Shown here: piece by piece, positions 24,117 to 37,190 of the stretch
Layout of the letters: the number at the start of each line of letters is the position of its first letter
How positions within the stretch are numbered: position 1 is the stretch's first letter
Assembly (NCBI RefSeq): GCF_001194135.2
Contig: NC_069005.1
Span: 34,000,283 to 34,051,595, forward strand
Source: Octopus bimaculoides
Taxonomy: Eukaryota
DNA: 51,313 nucleotides
Reading direction: 5' to 3'
Made by a program: the position numbers and the translations under genes
The notes under the pieces: model-generated
Databases searched by the model: none
What the model saw: only the letters and a program-made list of their open reading frames with translations
What the model was told of the DNA's origin: nothing

Positions 24117-24827
24117 NNNNNNNNNNNNNNNNNNNNNNNNNNNNNNNNNNNNNNNNNNNNNNNNNNNNNNNNNNNNNNNNNNNNNNNNNNNNNNNNNNNN
24201 NNNNNNNNNNNNNNNNNNNNNNNNNNNNNNNNNNNNNNNNNNNNNNNNNNNNNNNNNNNNNNNNNNNNNNNNNNNNNNNNNNNNNNNNNNNNNNNNNNNN
24301 NNNNNNNNNNNNNNNNNNNNNNNNNNNNNNNNNNNNNNNNNNNNNNNNNNNNNNNNNNNNNNNNNNNNNNNNNNNNNNNNNNNNNNNNNNNNNNNNNNNN
24401 NNNNNNNNNNNNNNNNNNNNNNNNNNNNNNNNNNNNNNNNNNNNNNNNNNNNNNNNNNNNNNNNNNNNNNNNNNNNNNNNNNNNNNNNNNNNNNNNNNNN
24501 NNNNNNNNNNNNNNNNNNNNNNNNNNNNNNNNNNNNNNNNNNNNNNNNNNNNNNNNNNNNNNNNNNNNNNNNNNNNNNNNNNNNNNNNNNNNNNNNNNNN
24601 NNNNNNNNNNNNNNNNNNNNNNNNNNNNNNNNNNNNTATATATATATATATGTCTATGTATCGTTCCAGTGTGCTTTTACCGAATATTTCGTATTGTTTT
24701 GAAGATTCGTTATTGCAGTGTTTCTTAATTTTTGTTGAAATTTCTTCTGTTTTGCATTATATTTATTTCCGTTTCTCGACAAAGTATATCTGTAGCGTCA
24801 TCAAACCTATTGTTTTCACTGTCATCG

Positions 24828-24870
<43 letters not shown>

Positions 24871-25337
24871 AATCATCAAATACCTAAGTACGGAATAAAA
24901 ATACTATAATAAGCATTTTGATGTTTATGGAGCTTCTTTTTATATCTAGTAAAATATACGCGTGAGTGTGCGTGTGTTTATGCAGGTACGCACACACACA
25001 CATACACACAGATACACACGGACATACACACACATACACAGACAGACAGACAGACAGACAGACTCACACACACGCACACACACACTTACGTATGTAAATT
25101 TTTATGAAATGCAGAATGACATGAACCGTTTGGAAAAAGGTTTTCGTATTGTGTGCATTGAGTGTAAGCGCTTTCTTTGTTCCATTTCTCAAACACACGT
25201 GTTTTGGAAAGGTGAACAACGAATGAGCCTACGCACATTTCCTTTCTATTCGATCATTTCCTTCTTTTATCATTCCATTCTTCAACTTCACTTTTATTTC
25301 GTCTTCTCCATTCTTTTATCTCGCCCCCGTCTCTCTC

Positions 25338-25405
25338 TTGAACTCAGAGTGTGAAAGACGAAATGCTTACTAGCGTGCTAACGATTCTGCCAACTCGCCA
25401 CCTTA
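25338..25405 (-). mobile_element. SINE family B head fragment
   Basis: ttgaactcagagtgtgaaagacgaaatgcttactagcgtgctaacgattctgccaactcgccacctta. Confidence 0.75.
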
Positions 25406-25409
25406 GTAA

Positions 25410-25472
<63 letters not shown>

Positions 25473-25700
25473 CAAGTGGTGGAAATCTCGATGAAAAAAT
25501 ACCGGTTGATGGAAACCTAAAAACACACTTCATTCATGAGTAGAAATGTCAAGCAGAATAGCTGACGCTAAAGACATGGACGAGACTGGAGCCAACTGCG
25601 AAGGTGGCACCCATCAGCAGGTGACCCATTGTCCAGCAGGGTGGAACTAGTCATGCTAGGAGGCAAAGGTGAAGTAAATAATTAAACAGGATAAACTACC

Positions 25701-25826
25701 GGAGCATTGTAGACGTAGATCAGCGATCTACAACCAGCATGGCTCAAAACAGATCGGTACAAATGTAAAGATAGATCAGCTACATCGTTGCTTGAAACTG
25801 CAGGAGAACTGCGCAGGATTTTGAGC
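25701..25826 (+). mobile_element. Probable older R4-clade LINE C-terminal relic
   Basis: With frameshifts it reads GAL*T*ISDLQPAWLK-QIGTNVKIDQL-SLLETAGELRRILS, parallel to GALGTVSKNLEKYVEQIG...ALLGTARILRMVL of the adjacent copy. Confidence 0.5.
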
Positions 25827-26187
25827 AAACGATGCTGGATCATAGATATAGCATGCCCAGCTGACAGCAAGATATGCGATAAGGAACAAAGAAAAGTCGA
25901 GAGATATGACAGTTAGCTTGGGAGGTAAAGCAGTTGCGGTCGATGAAAAAGTAGTAGTTCCACTAATTGTTGGAGCCCTGGGAACAGTGAGTAAAAATCT
26001 TGAAAAGTACGTGGAACAAATAGGGGCTGCAATAAGGGTGGAGCACTTGCAGAACACAGCACTGCTTGGAACCGCTCGAATACTTCGGATGGTGCTCGTA
26101 AAATAAGGAGTGTTACCTTAGTTCACTGGTCGAGAACAGCTGGCACCGTAGTACATCTCCAGCTTTAGAAGCTGTGCAAAGGCGATG
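25827..26187 (+). mobile_element. 5'-truncated R4/Dong-clade LINE: RLE C-terminus plus 3' UTR, followed by (AAT)n
   Basis: KRCWIIDIACPADSKICDKEQRKVERYD / LAWEVKQLRSMKK / VVVPLIVGALGTVSKNLEKYVEQIGAAIRVEHLQNTALLGTARILRMVLVK* (two frameshifts). The IID-x-A-x-P, K-x-x-Y, VVP-x-x-x-GALG and LQ-x-x-ALLGTA-x-ILR motifs are typical of R4 RLE ends. Confidence 0.92.
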
Positions 26188-26260
<73 letters not shown>

Positions 26261-26267
26261 TAATAAA

Positions 26268-26323
<56 letters not shown>
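26188..26323. repeat. (AAT)n microsatellite at the 3' end of the R4 element
   Basis: Long near-perfect run. Confidence 0.97.
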
Positions 26324-26325
<2 letters not shown>

Positions 26326-26622
26326 TTAGTATTAGTTTTTGTTGTTGTAGAGGTAGTAGTAGTAGTAACAACAAAATTAATAATAATGATTACAACAACA
26401 ACAACAGCAGCAACAACAACATGGACGAAAAGACTAGAGACGAGTAGAGTAACACGTCAGGTTGAATATTTAAATGATCATTATTTCAGTTCAGTCAACT
26501 GCCAATAAAAATATATCATGATTGATTGAAAGAAAGACATTTGATTAACTCGTCTCCACTCTATTATTATATTTATCACACACTTCGTTTTATGATACAG
26601 TATGAGGATTTCAATATAACTT

Positions 26623-26675
<53 letters not shown>

Positions 26676-26685
26676 NNNNNNNNNN

Positions 26686-26737
<52 letters not shown>

Positions 26738-27147
26738 TGCTTTGATGTGTGTGTTTGTCTTTCTATCTATATGTACGTATGTATATATATATAGAGAGAG
26801 AAGAAAGAACGAAAAAGAGACGGATAGAAAGAGAGACAATGAAATTTCGGGAGACTTGATGATGTTTTATTAAAAGTGGTAGTGTTGATGGTGACAATGG
26901 GAGTAATATTAACAAAGAGAGAGAAAGGGAGGGATGATGTACAACTTCCCTGGACAGAAATTCCTGTGGCCAACATACTGAACCAACTACTGAACGCTTT
27001 CATTTTTGTTTTATTTTTTGACTTCTTTAATACATACACATATATCTATCTATCTATCTATCTATCTATCTAACGACCAACCTACATATTACCTGTTACC
27101 TACCTGCCGATATAGATGTGCATATACATACAAACATAGATATATAG

Positions 27148-27181
<34 letters not shown>

Positions 27182-28569
27182 GCCACATGCTTAAGCGTTG
27201 TGCATTCATATAGGTAATTCAATTTGTGAATGCAATTATATTTGTACGGCTACACATATGCACGTTCACGCCGGAGTATGTTTTGCGTGTCTAAAGTTTT
27301 GTGTGTGTGTGCATGCGTGTGTGTGTGGGGTCCTATATATGCATGTGTACATGTTTATACTAAACACACCTCTAGGCGATCCCTACAGCTAAACACTAAC
27401 ACAATATTTACTCACTTGATAAGCTAAAATTCTTCAGCCGCCATGCAAAAACTAAATTATTGCCTTTACAAATGCGTCTTCACATTTCTATTCTGATGTA
27501 TTTACCCATAATCCACTGGCCTTTTTTTTCGCATTCACTTTCGGCAGTTATCTCCCCCTCTTACTTTCTCACTCTCAGCCCTCTTCCTCTTCCCACCTCT
27601 CTCTCAGTTTCTCAATAAACATATACAAATATGCATCTGCATTATGTATGATTGGACCTGTGTTTGTGTTTGTTGGTCTTTTTTCTCAATCTGGGACGTA
27701 ACAGCATCATACTTTTATAAGTCTTTCTCATTTCTTGGTCGTCCTTCTCAGCATTATGTCTCTTTATCTCTCTCTATCCATCAATTTGTCTCTCTGTCTT
27801 TTTGTTTATCTATGTATATTTTCTGGACTAAATAAAAAGACAACAAACGGAAAATATGACATATATGTATANNNNNNNNNNNNNNNNNNNNNNNNNNNNN
27901 NNNNNNNNNNNNNNNNNNNNNNNNNNNNNNNNNNNNNNNNNNNNNNNNNNNNNNNNNNNNNNNNNNNNNNNNNNNNNNNNNNNNNNNNNNNNNNNNNNNN
28001 NNNNNNNNNNNNNNNNNNNNNNNNNNNNNNNNNNNNNNNNNNNNNNNNNNNNNNNNNNNNNNNNNNNNNNNNNNNNNNNNNNNNNNNNNNNNNNNNNNNN
28101 NNNNNNNNNNNNNNNNNNNNNNNNNNNNNNNNNNNNNNNNNNNNNNNNNNNNNNNNNNNNNNNNNNNNNNNNNNNNNNNNNNNNNNNNNNNNNNNNNNNN
28201 NNNNNNNNNNNNNNNNNNNNNNNNNNNNNNNNNNNNNNNNNNNNNNNNNNNNNNNNNNNNNNNNNNNNNNNNNNNNNNNNNNNNNNNNNNNNNNNNNNNN
28301 NNNNNNNNNNNNNNNNNNNNNNNNNNNNNNNNNCATATGTAATATATACGGTATCCTGACAAATGCAAAGTGCGTGTGCAATCAATTGGTTTATATTGTA
28401 CAAAGTTATATTCAACATGATACGACCAGAGTTGTCTAGAGGGCAGTTTTTTTTTTTGACCTCCATAATAAGATATAAAAATAAACAGTCGACAGAATAA
28501 CAACAGCAGTCATAATAACTACTATAACAATTACGATATCACAACCAGAAATTCTATTTGAATGAAGTA

Positions 28570-28607
28570 ACTAATAATAACAATAAATAATAATAATAAT
28601 AATAATA

Positions 28608-28674
<67 letters not shown>

Positions 28675-28683
28675 GTAATAACA
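28570..28683. repeat. (AAT)n microsatellite
   Basis: Near-perfect run with small indels. Confidence 0.95.
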
Positions 28684-29234
28684 ATGAAGATCAAGTATTT
28701 AAATTGTTAGTTTAAAGATATGAGATGGTCCGTGACGCTAGGAGTCGGATTTGGACTATAAACAGAGAAAAGCTCTATTCAGCGATTCTGTAAGTCCTTG
28801 CAGAGGAAATCGAATATATTTGCTGCAATGTAAACATTACCATTTCAATGCATTCATTAGAAGCAGGGTTATTTGGGGCCAGTTGGGCAGAAGAGCAGAA
28901 GAGCAGAAGAGACTCGCGCTGAATAAGCTTAGTGCTGCCCTCTGTTGATAAGAATCAGTTAAACAACATACAAGGAATAACAGTAAATTCTAACATTTGT
29001 CTGGATATCCTCTTTCTCTCTCTCCTATGTATATGTATGTGTGTCTGTAGTGTGTGTGTTTGTATGTGCGTGTGTTTACGTGTATGTGTGCGTGAGGGCA
29101 TGTATACATTGCCCTCTCTCCGTCTTTATGTATGTATCTAGGTACAAACAAAAGCGCACACATACTAACACACAACAATACTATTGTTTAAAATGCACTC
29201 CTACATATTTAAATAAACATATACACACATTGCG

Positions 29235-29735
29235 AGAAGAAGTATGCTTCCTAACCACGTGGTTCCGAGATCAGTCCCTTGAGGGAATGTCTTCCACAGT
29301 AACCCAGGTCTAAGCGAAGTCTTATGAGTGGATTTGGAACACGTAAATTAAAATGACCGTCGTACACACACACAAACACACACGAACACACAGACGAACA
29401 TACACATGCACACACACATTTATATACACACACACATACATACATAATACACACGTACATACATACACACATACATACATACATAATACATACGTACATA
29501 CATACACACATATGTATGTATATGTGTGTTTCTGTGTGTGTGCGTTTCTAAGCACCACATGTCAATCAATGTTGGCGTTTACTTCTCCTTAACGTAGCGG
29601 TTCGACAAAAAGAAGTCGATATAGTCAGTGCCAGGCTTAGAAACAAAACTAAATAATGAGTTTGACTTTCTCGACCACGCCTTCCAATCCTGTGCTCCAG
29701 CATGGCCACACTCTCATGACTTAAACCGAAGACAA
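29235..29735 (+). mobile_element. Old near-full-length SINE family A with an internal CA/TA/TG microsatellite
   Basis: Head (aaccacgtggttccgagatcagtccc...gagtggatttgg...ccgtcgta), then microsatellite at about 29363-29540, then tail (cgtagcggttcgacaaaaagaagtcgatatag...gtgctccagcatggccaca...atgacttaaac). Confidence 0.75.
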
Positions 29736-30254
29736 ACGCTTATTATCTCGGGCCCAGAAATATGAAAAGTAAATTTGAACGTAAGCTGGATTTGAACTCA
29801 GTATTTATTGACTGAAGTAGCAGCAGCCTTTCCCGTCGGAAACCGTTCAGTAATTCACGGCTAAATTTATTCAAATCCCACCAATTTCTTATAAAAAGGA
29901 AGAATCCATTTGATAATGGTAGTTGCTTGTGTTGGAGAGACGGGCTATGAGAGAGTGGTCCATGTTAGACAAACGCTCGATTCCATCAGAATAGATTTGG
30001 GACACGATGTCAAGCAAAGCAATATGAAATATTTAAACACCAGCACAAACCCCAGTAGAGAACAAGAAAATAATTAAATATTCTAATTAATTAATTAAGT
30101 TTACAAATCAATCAATCAACGAGGGGAATTTTATCGGCTGGAATAAGTTTTTGCCTTTTTTTAGCTGAAAGAAAACAAATTATTGAGGTGGTGGGGGTGG
30201 AGTTGGTTACAGGTAAATAACGAATATCTTTTCAATTAAGGCGACTATAAGATA

Positions 30255-30257
30255 GTG

Positions 30258-30288
<31 letters not shown>

Positions 30289-30365
30289 AAGAAGAAGAAG
30301 AAGAAGAAGGAGTAGTAGTCTAAGTATTACGATTAGTTGTAGTAACAGAAGAAAAACAAGAACAT

Positions 30366-30437
<72 letters not shown>

Positions 30438-30618
30438 GTCGTAGTAGTAGTAGTGGTGGTGGTGGTGGTAGTAGTAGAAATGGTTGGTAGTTGTATTGTT
30501 TGTGACTATAGTAGTAGTGTTCATAATACTGGTGGTGTTGATGGTGGCGATGGTAGTAGTATTAGCAGCAGTAGTAGTAGACGTAGGAGGAGAGTTTGTG
30601 ATATGCTGGTGTTCAGAA

Positions 30619-30652
<34 letters not shown>

Positions 30653-30660
30653 CGCGGTGA
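30255..30660. repeat. Compound (TAG)n/(GAA)n/(TTA)n/(TAG)n array
   Basis: Adjacent triplet runs. Confidence 0.93.
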
Positions 30661-31003
30661 TGGTGGTGCTTTAAGGGACATGTCTAATTAAGATGACGAT
30701 AATGATGATACTTTAATTAACATAGGAGTTCAACAAACTGAAATGAAAACAATATATTTTACAGAATCGCTGAAATAAAAATGTTGNNNNNNNNNNATAT
30801 GTATGTATATACATATATATATATGTATGTATATATGTGTGTATATTATATAAATATATATATACGTATATATATGTATGTATATACATATATATATATA
30901 CATATATCTATACATATATATATATATATACAAACATATATATATATACACACATACATATATATGTATGTATATTTATATATGTATATATGTGTGTATA
31001 TAC

Positions 31004-31069
<66 letters not shown>

Positions 31070-31593
31070 GCACACACAAACGCAATACAGGACACAGACA
31101 GAAAGACAGGTGAAGGTATAGGTGTGTAGTCAAGAATTTTGTTTTAACGATGTTTTTTGATAGGAGGTATTCCTGAAAGTTTTAAGGATGTCGCTAAGTG
31201 CCTGGTTGGAGGTCCAACCTTCCGAGTTGTTTTACTGGACTTAGAAAAACTGAAGGACAGATGAATATGTGACTGGGGAATATGTTGAATAAAATCATAA
31301 TTAACTGATTCTCCTGTATTTTCTTTTCAGCGCCCCTTCATAGACATTGCTGTTGCAAAAGAACCAATCGATTAACCACACAGCAGTCTCTGAAGACTGG
31401 ATCATTGAAATGAGGATCGAATTGGCTAGTTTTGTCTCTTACAACAGAATCATCAGAGATTGTATATTTTCTATCTGATGATGTTCAGAAGCCCCCGGCT
31501 TCAAACGAAGTTTGATACTAACAAATTATTACAAACTGATTTCTATAAATATGAAGACCAACAAATGATGAATAGAATGCCAACACACACACA

Positions 31594-31637
<44 letters not shown>

Positions 31638-31955
31638 CACACACACACACACAAACACAGAGGAGACTATGGGGATGAGAGCGGCTCTTTAAGTATAGCC
31701 ATATAGGTTTCTATGTATGTGTTGGTTTACGTATGAGTATGTAGATGTACGTGTATATAAAAGTCATATATGCAGATATATATATATATATACACTTAGA
31801 TACACATACAAAGCTATCTATCTATCTATCTATTTTTCTGCGTGTTTGTGTGTCTATCTATATATCTGTCTATCTGTCTGTCTGTCTGCCTGTCTGCCTG
31901 TCTGTCTATCTGTCTATCTATCTAACTAACTAATATATATGTATGTGTATGTGCA

Positions 31956-32001
<46 letters not shown>

Positions 32002-32373
32002 TGTGTGTGTGTGTGTGTGTCTGTGTATACATATAAATGTATATGTACATCTGTGTGTATATACATTTGGATATAAATATATGTATAAAAGTCTATATAC
32101 ATGTATACGCATATATACATATATATATATATACATACATACACACGCATAAGCATATATATATATATATAGACTTATACGGCATAAACAGAGCATTCTG
32201 TAACGATATATGACATACAAAAGGATTTTAATGTACTTCTTTATACCTTTGAAATCATAAATTATTAATTAAATAAACGAGTGTATATAATACAATTTGC
32301 GAAACAGCTAAACATTAATAATGAAAGTATATTAGATATCTTCCCATGATAAACTTGGATATCAAAATCAATA

Positions 32374-32424
<51 letters not shown>

Positions 32425-32980
32425 CATTATTATGATTATTATTACTATTGTATAAAAGAAAATATAATATACCTAGCATTCTGTAACTATATATTTATTG
32501 CTAACTTGAATCACTCAGCTTTTAAGAGTTTCGTTAACTAGAACATGTCTGGAAATTCTAAACTAAATTTGTTAAGGGGTAATAATAGAAATCGTAACGA
32601 TATCACGAATAAAATTCCTCTTAATAATCCCGGAAATATTAGCGACTACAGTAAACTAATTAAATTTAATATTTTATAAAGAGTTAATTAAAGAGAATTT
32701 ATTACGTTTAATATATTATCCTGCTAAAACTACCATTATTAAGTAATATTTTTACGACAGGATCTTTTCAAGAAGCAACGTGGAATCACTTATCGTTCCT
32801 TCTTGAGTACTGTATTATTAACTTGACAAGCTGCCATTGTGATGTATAAAGTCTGTTTGTGACAAAATAAATTATTTATGCAGTAAAAGAGTCCAAGATC
32901 TTTTAATACCCGTGCGTATTGATTAGGCGTAGATTTATATTAATTTAAAATAATGCTTAAGTCCCGTGATACCGTTACAA

Positions 32981-33106
32981 GATAGTGGCTGTATGGTAAG
33001 AAGACTGCTTTGCAAGCACATGGTTCTGGGTTCAATTTCACTTTGTGGCACCTTGGGAAAGTGACTTTTACTATAGCCTCAGACTGATTAAATCCTTATG
33101 AGAGGA
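32981..33106 (+). mobile_element. SINE family A head
   Basis: gtggctgtatggtaagaagactgctttgcaagcacatggttctgggttcaatttcactttgtggcaccttgggaaagtg. Confidence 0.8.
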
Positions 33107-33659
33107 TATATATATATATATTTTTTTTTCTGACCGAAATTTCGAAGCCACTGCAAATGTTGTGTTAACATCAGCTCTATAATGCAAATATTATGAACGC
33201 TACATACATTCAATACGTGTTGTTAAACGCTTTTAGGCTGCAGTATGTCGTCTAACGAAAGTCCGATTAAAGATATCGTTATAAAATACAATAGAGATTA
33301 AAGCTAGGGGAGTCTAATCGCCCCAGGAGTGAAAAAGAACGACAGATATCGATATTTTGCTGTTACTTCACCGTTAAAGCAAATTCGAAGCGCTGGTCTG
33401 AAGTAAATACAGACGACGCAAAATCTATCTACTGACGTACAACAGCACTGCACAAGCAAAACAAAATTCCGTGGATGAAATATCACAGCCTGAAAGCGCT
33501 TAACAACACACACACTATTAGGTATGTAGCATGGATAATGGTTACATCATAGAGATGTTGTAACACAAAGTTTGAATCTGATATGATTGAGAATATCGAC
33601 GAAGGTGTGGAGTCTGTCTGATAATTTCTTGGGACTACTTTATTTGGTTGAATTTGTTT

Positions 33660-34480
33660 GTTACTCAAGAACAACAGCACAAACGGAGCCACAACGCACC
33701 GCTCTACGGTAAACTACCCAGCACCTCACCCACCATTTTCGATTACATCACAAAGCTCATCAAGGTACATCACGCCACATACCACAAAACACATTTCATC
33801 AAGCTACATCGATCACACCGCATAAAACAGCCACCAGACACTCAAAACAGCAACAAACCAAACTGCAGCAACTTCCACACAACATGTCTTTCCACTCGAC
33901 AGTACTCTTCAGTAACAAACCACACCGAAGACTGCACTACACTACAACACACCGAAGTAACTAGAGGTAACAGCACATTACACAATGCCTTCGTAATTAA
34001 CACAGTAGAGGCCACATCAAATTGCAAGCCACTCTACACTGAGGCATGCTCAAGTACTACCACAGGACAGGTCATATCAAAGACCAACCAATGTGACTAC
34101 CACATCGAAGACGGCATTACACTACAGCATACAGTAGTAACTATCTCAACACAACCACACCACATTAAACAATACCCCAGTAACTAACACACTAGGAACC
34201 ACATATTACATGCCACTTAACACTACATCACTCTGCAGCATCTATCATAAGAAAGATTATATCGAAGACCGTATTACACTACACTCCAGCATACCACGAT
34301 AACCATCTCATCGCAAGCCACATCACTCTCAATAATGACCCAAGAAACTGTCATAGTACAGACAGCCATCACACTACACAACACCGATATAACAACCACA
34401 TAACAGGACGCACCACACCTCACTACACCAGAATAACTACCAAGCCCTTGGCTACACCATCCAGTAGACTGTTGGTAACA
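33660..34480 (+). repeat. C/A-rich degenerate tandem region with a roughly 160-180-bp recurring unit
   Basis: Motif cacaYcgaagacNgYaYtacactaca at 33921, 34101 and 34258, with strong C/A strand skew. Confidence 0.6.
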
Positions 34481-34843
34481 CCACTCTAGATTCCCGTAGG
34501 AAACTGACTGTCAGTAAAATGTCCAAGTGAAGCTGAAGTTACAGTGTTGAGAGGAAATTAATTTGTCAATGTATGGGATATATACACTCTTTATCATGAT
34601 ATATATACACTCTTTATTATGAGTGAGCCATGGGTGGTGTCTGGATAGAGTGCGGGGTTAAGTGACTGGGTGGATGGACTTAATAAACGAAGATTTTATT
34701 AGTAGGTGTTTGTATGCAGTGGGTGTATATGTATATAGGTGAATAGAAATGCGAGTATATGTATGGCAGAGTGTGTCTATACGGCTGTGTACATTGACAC
34801 GTGTATGTGTGTACGTGTGTGCGCGCGCGTATGTGTGTATGTA

Positions 34844-34928
<85 letters not shown>

Positions 34929-35324
34929 AACATATATACATACACATATATAAGTACACATTAATATGCATCAATGTATTCTTTAAATATGTATGTGTGT
35001 GTGTATCTATCCGTGTGTGTGTACATGTTGCGGGAATGAGCCAATCACATGCGTTCGTGTATGTGAATATAAGTTATGCTATGTGCTAACGGGACATAAA
35101 TATTTATATATATATATACACGTACGTGCGTGAGTTTACATTTACACAGACTATATATTTTTATAGAGATGCTGGGAGAGCCATTATATAAGACTGGACT
35201 AATCATGAATTTATTGTGTATATAATAAAAGGTGTTCAGGACTGGTAAATAATATATGAATGTGATTTGAGAGTCACTAAGTGATCGAAACATACTGATA
35301 CACAGAGACAAAGAGAGAGACAAA

Positions 35325-35333
35325 GAGAGAGAG

Positions 35334-35427
<94 letters not shown>
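35325..35427. repeat. (GA)n microsatellite
   Basis: Long near-perfect run. Confidence 0.97.
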
Positions 35428-35432
<5 letters not shown>

Positions 35433-35500
35433 AATAGACGGACACAGAGAAATAGCTGTGTGTAAGTGTATATATATATATATATGCATATACATATATA

Positions 35501-35615
35501 TATTATCTTTTACCTCTTTCAGTCATTAGACTACGGACATGCTGGGGCACCGCCGCGAAGACTTTATAGTCGAGTGTATAGACGGTAGTACTTTTTTAAT
35601 CCTGTTACTTATTCT
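35501..35615 (-). mobile_element. SINE family A 3' tail fragment
   Basis: ctttcagtcattagactacggacatgctggggcaccgcc is the reverse complement of the tail at 9537-9575. Confidence 0.78.
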
Positions 35616-35634
35616 CTCTCTCCCCCTCTCTCTC

Positions 35635-35671
<37 letters not shown>

Positions 35672-36424
35672 TATATAGGGTACTTAGTTCATAGAATGTT
35701 AACTACTTGCATGGACGGCTAAAATCATGCGCGTATGTAAATAAATACATGTGTGTGTATGTATGTATGTATATATTTATATATATGTATGTATATTTAT
35801 ATATATACATATACATTCATATATATATTCATATATATATATATGTGCGTATATATATATGTGTGTGTGTGTGTGTGTCTGTGTATGTATCAGCAAGGCC
35901 GCTGTCAAATGATTGAAAGAAGTAAATAAATAAAAGAATATATATGTATGGATATATATATATATATATATATATATANNNNNNNNNNNNNNNNNNNNNN
36001 NNNNNNNNNNNNNNNNNNNNNNNNNNNNNNNNNNNNNNNNNNNNNNNNNNNNNNNNNNNNNNNNNNNNNNNNNNNNNNNNNNNNNNNNNNNNNNNNNNNN
36101 NNNNNNNNNNNNNNNNNNNNNNNNNNNNNNNNNNNNNNNNNNNNNNNNNNNNNNNNNNNNNNNNNNNNNNNNNNNNNNNNNNNNNNNNNNNNNNNNNNNN
36201 NNNNNNNNNNNNNNNNNNNNNNNNNNNNNNNNNNNNNNNNNNNNNNNNNNNNNNNNNNNNNNNNNTTTTGGTTTTTGTCTTGGAATTTTGAAAAGGCAAA
36301 AGCGAATACGGGCAGAACACTATTATATTACGAAAGTATTACTCACATACATACAAAAACAAAAACACAAAAATAAAATAAATAAGAATCAGTTGAAAAT
36401 AAAAACAAAGTAAAACATAAACAA

Positions 36425-36488
<64 letters not shown>

Positions 36489-36534
36489 GAGTACAAAACG
36501 CTTAAAACAAGGAGAACCAGAAACGAAACAGTAT

Positions 36535-36565
<31 letters not shown>

Positions 36566-36637
36566 GCAACAAAAACAACAACAATATAAGGAGAAAAGAA
36601 GAAAATGTAAAGCCAATAGTTATTGTATATTCTCAAG

Positions 36638-36764
36638 GATGGAATAACAAATAAGATGAGTCGAAATGCCATCAATCAAAACGAGGCTTACAACACTTCA
36701 TGTCGTATTAAACTTCAAGATTTTCTGGAGGAATGTGTTGAAATTACGGACGAGTTTCTGGTTG
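36638..36764 (+). CDS. Candidate internal exon, product unknown
   Basis: Acceptor ttattgtatattctcaag|, open frame DGITNKMSRNAINQNEAYNTSCRIKLQDFLEECVEITDEFL(V), and possible donors at 36761 (gttggt) or 36765 (gtagat). No recognised homology. Confidence 0.2.
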
Positions 36765-36849
36765 GTAGATTTATTGAAGTGTTTTTAGTGTCGATGATGT
36801 TGTCGCTGTCGCTGCTGCTGGCATCACTGTTCCTATTTCTATTATTGCA

Positions 36850-36979
<130 letters not shown>

Positions 36980-37190
36980 GACAAATACATAACCAACGCA
37001 CCAGGACTTACGAATGCATATAACATACAGAAAATAGCGCTGCTAGGCATCACGCACATTCTACGTAAAGCACTTTTAATACTTTAAAAGTAAGAACACC
37101 ACAACATACCACTACACATACTCAAGGGACACAGAGCTGCGCTTTGTAGTGCAGTGAAAGCACGTGATAAAGATAAGAAAAAAATAATAA
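36980..37190 (+). mobile_element. Extremely 5'-truncated R4/Dong-clade LINE end (second subfamily)
   Basis: DKYITNAPGLTNAYNIQKIALLGITHILRKALLIL* matches the R4 terminal IQKxALLGTxHILR motif. About 100 bp of 3' UTR ends in aataataa. Confidence 0.88.

Noticed and set aside
501-36376. Long ORFs of 100-453 aa spanning X runs
   Set aside because: They are open only because N bases cannot encode stops; the flanks are translated dinucleotide repeats.
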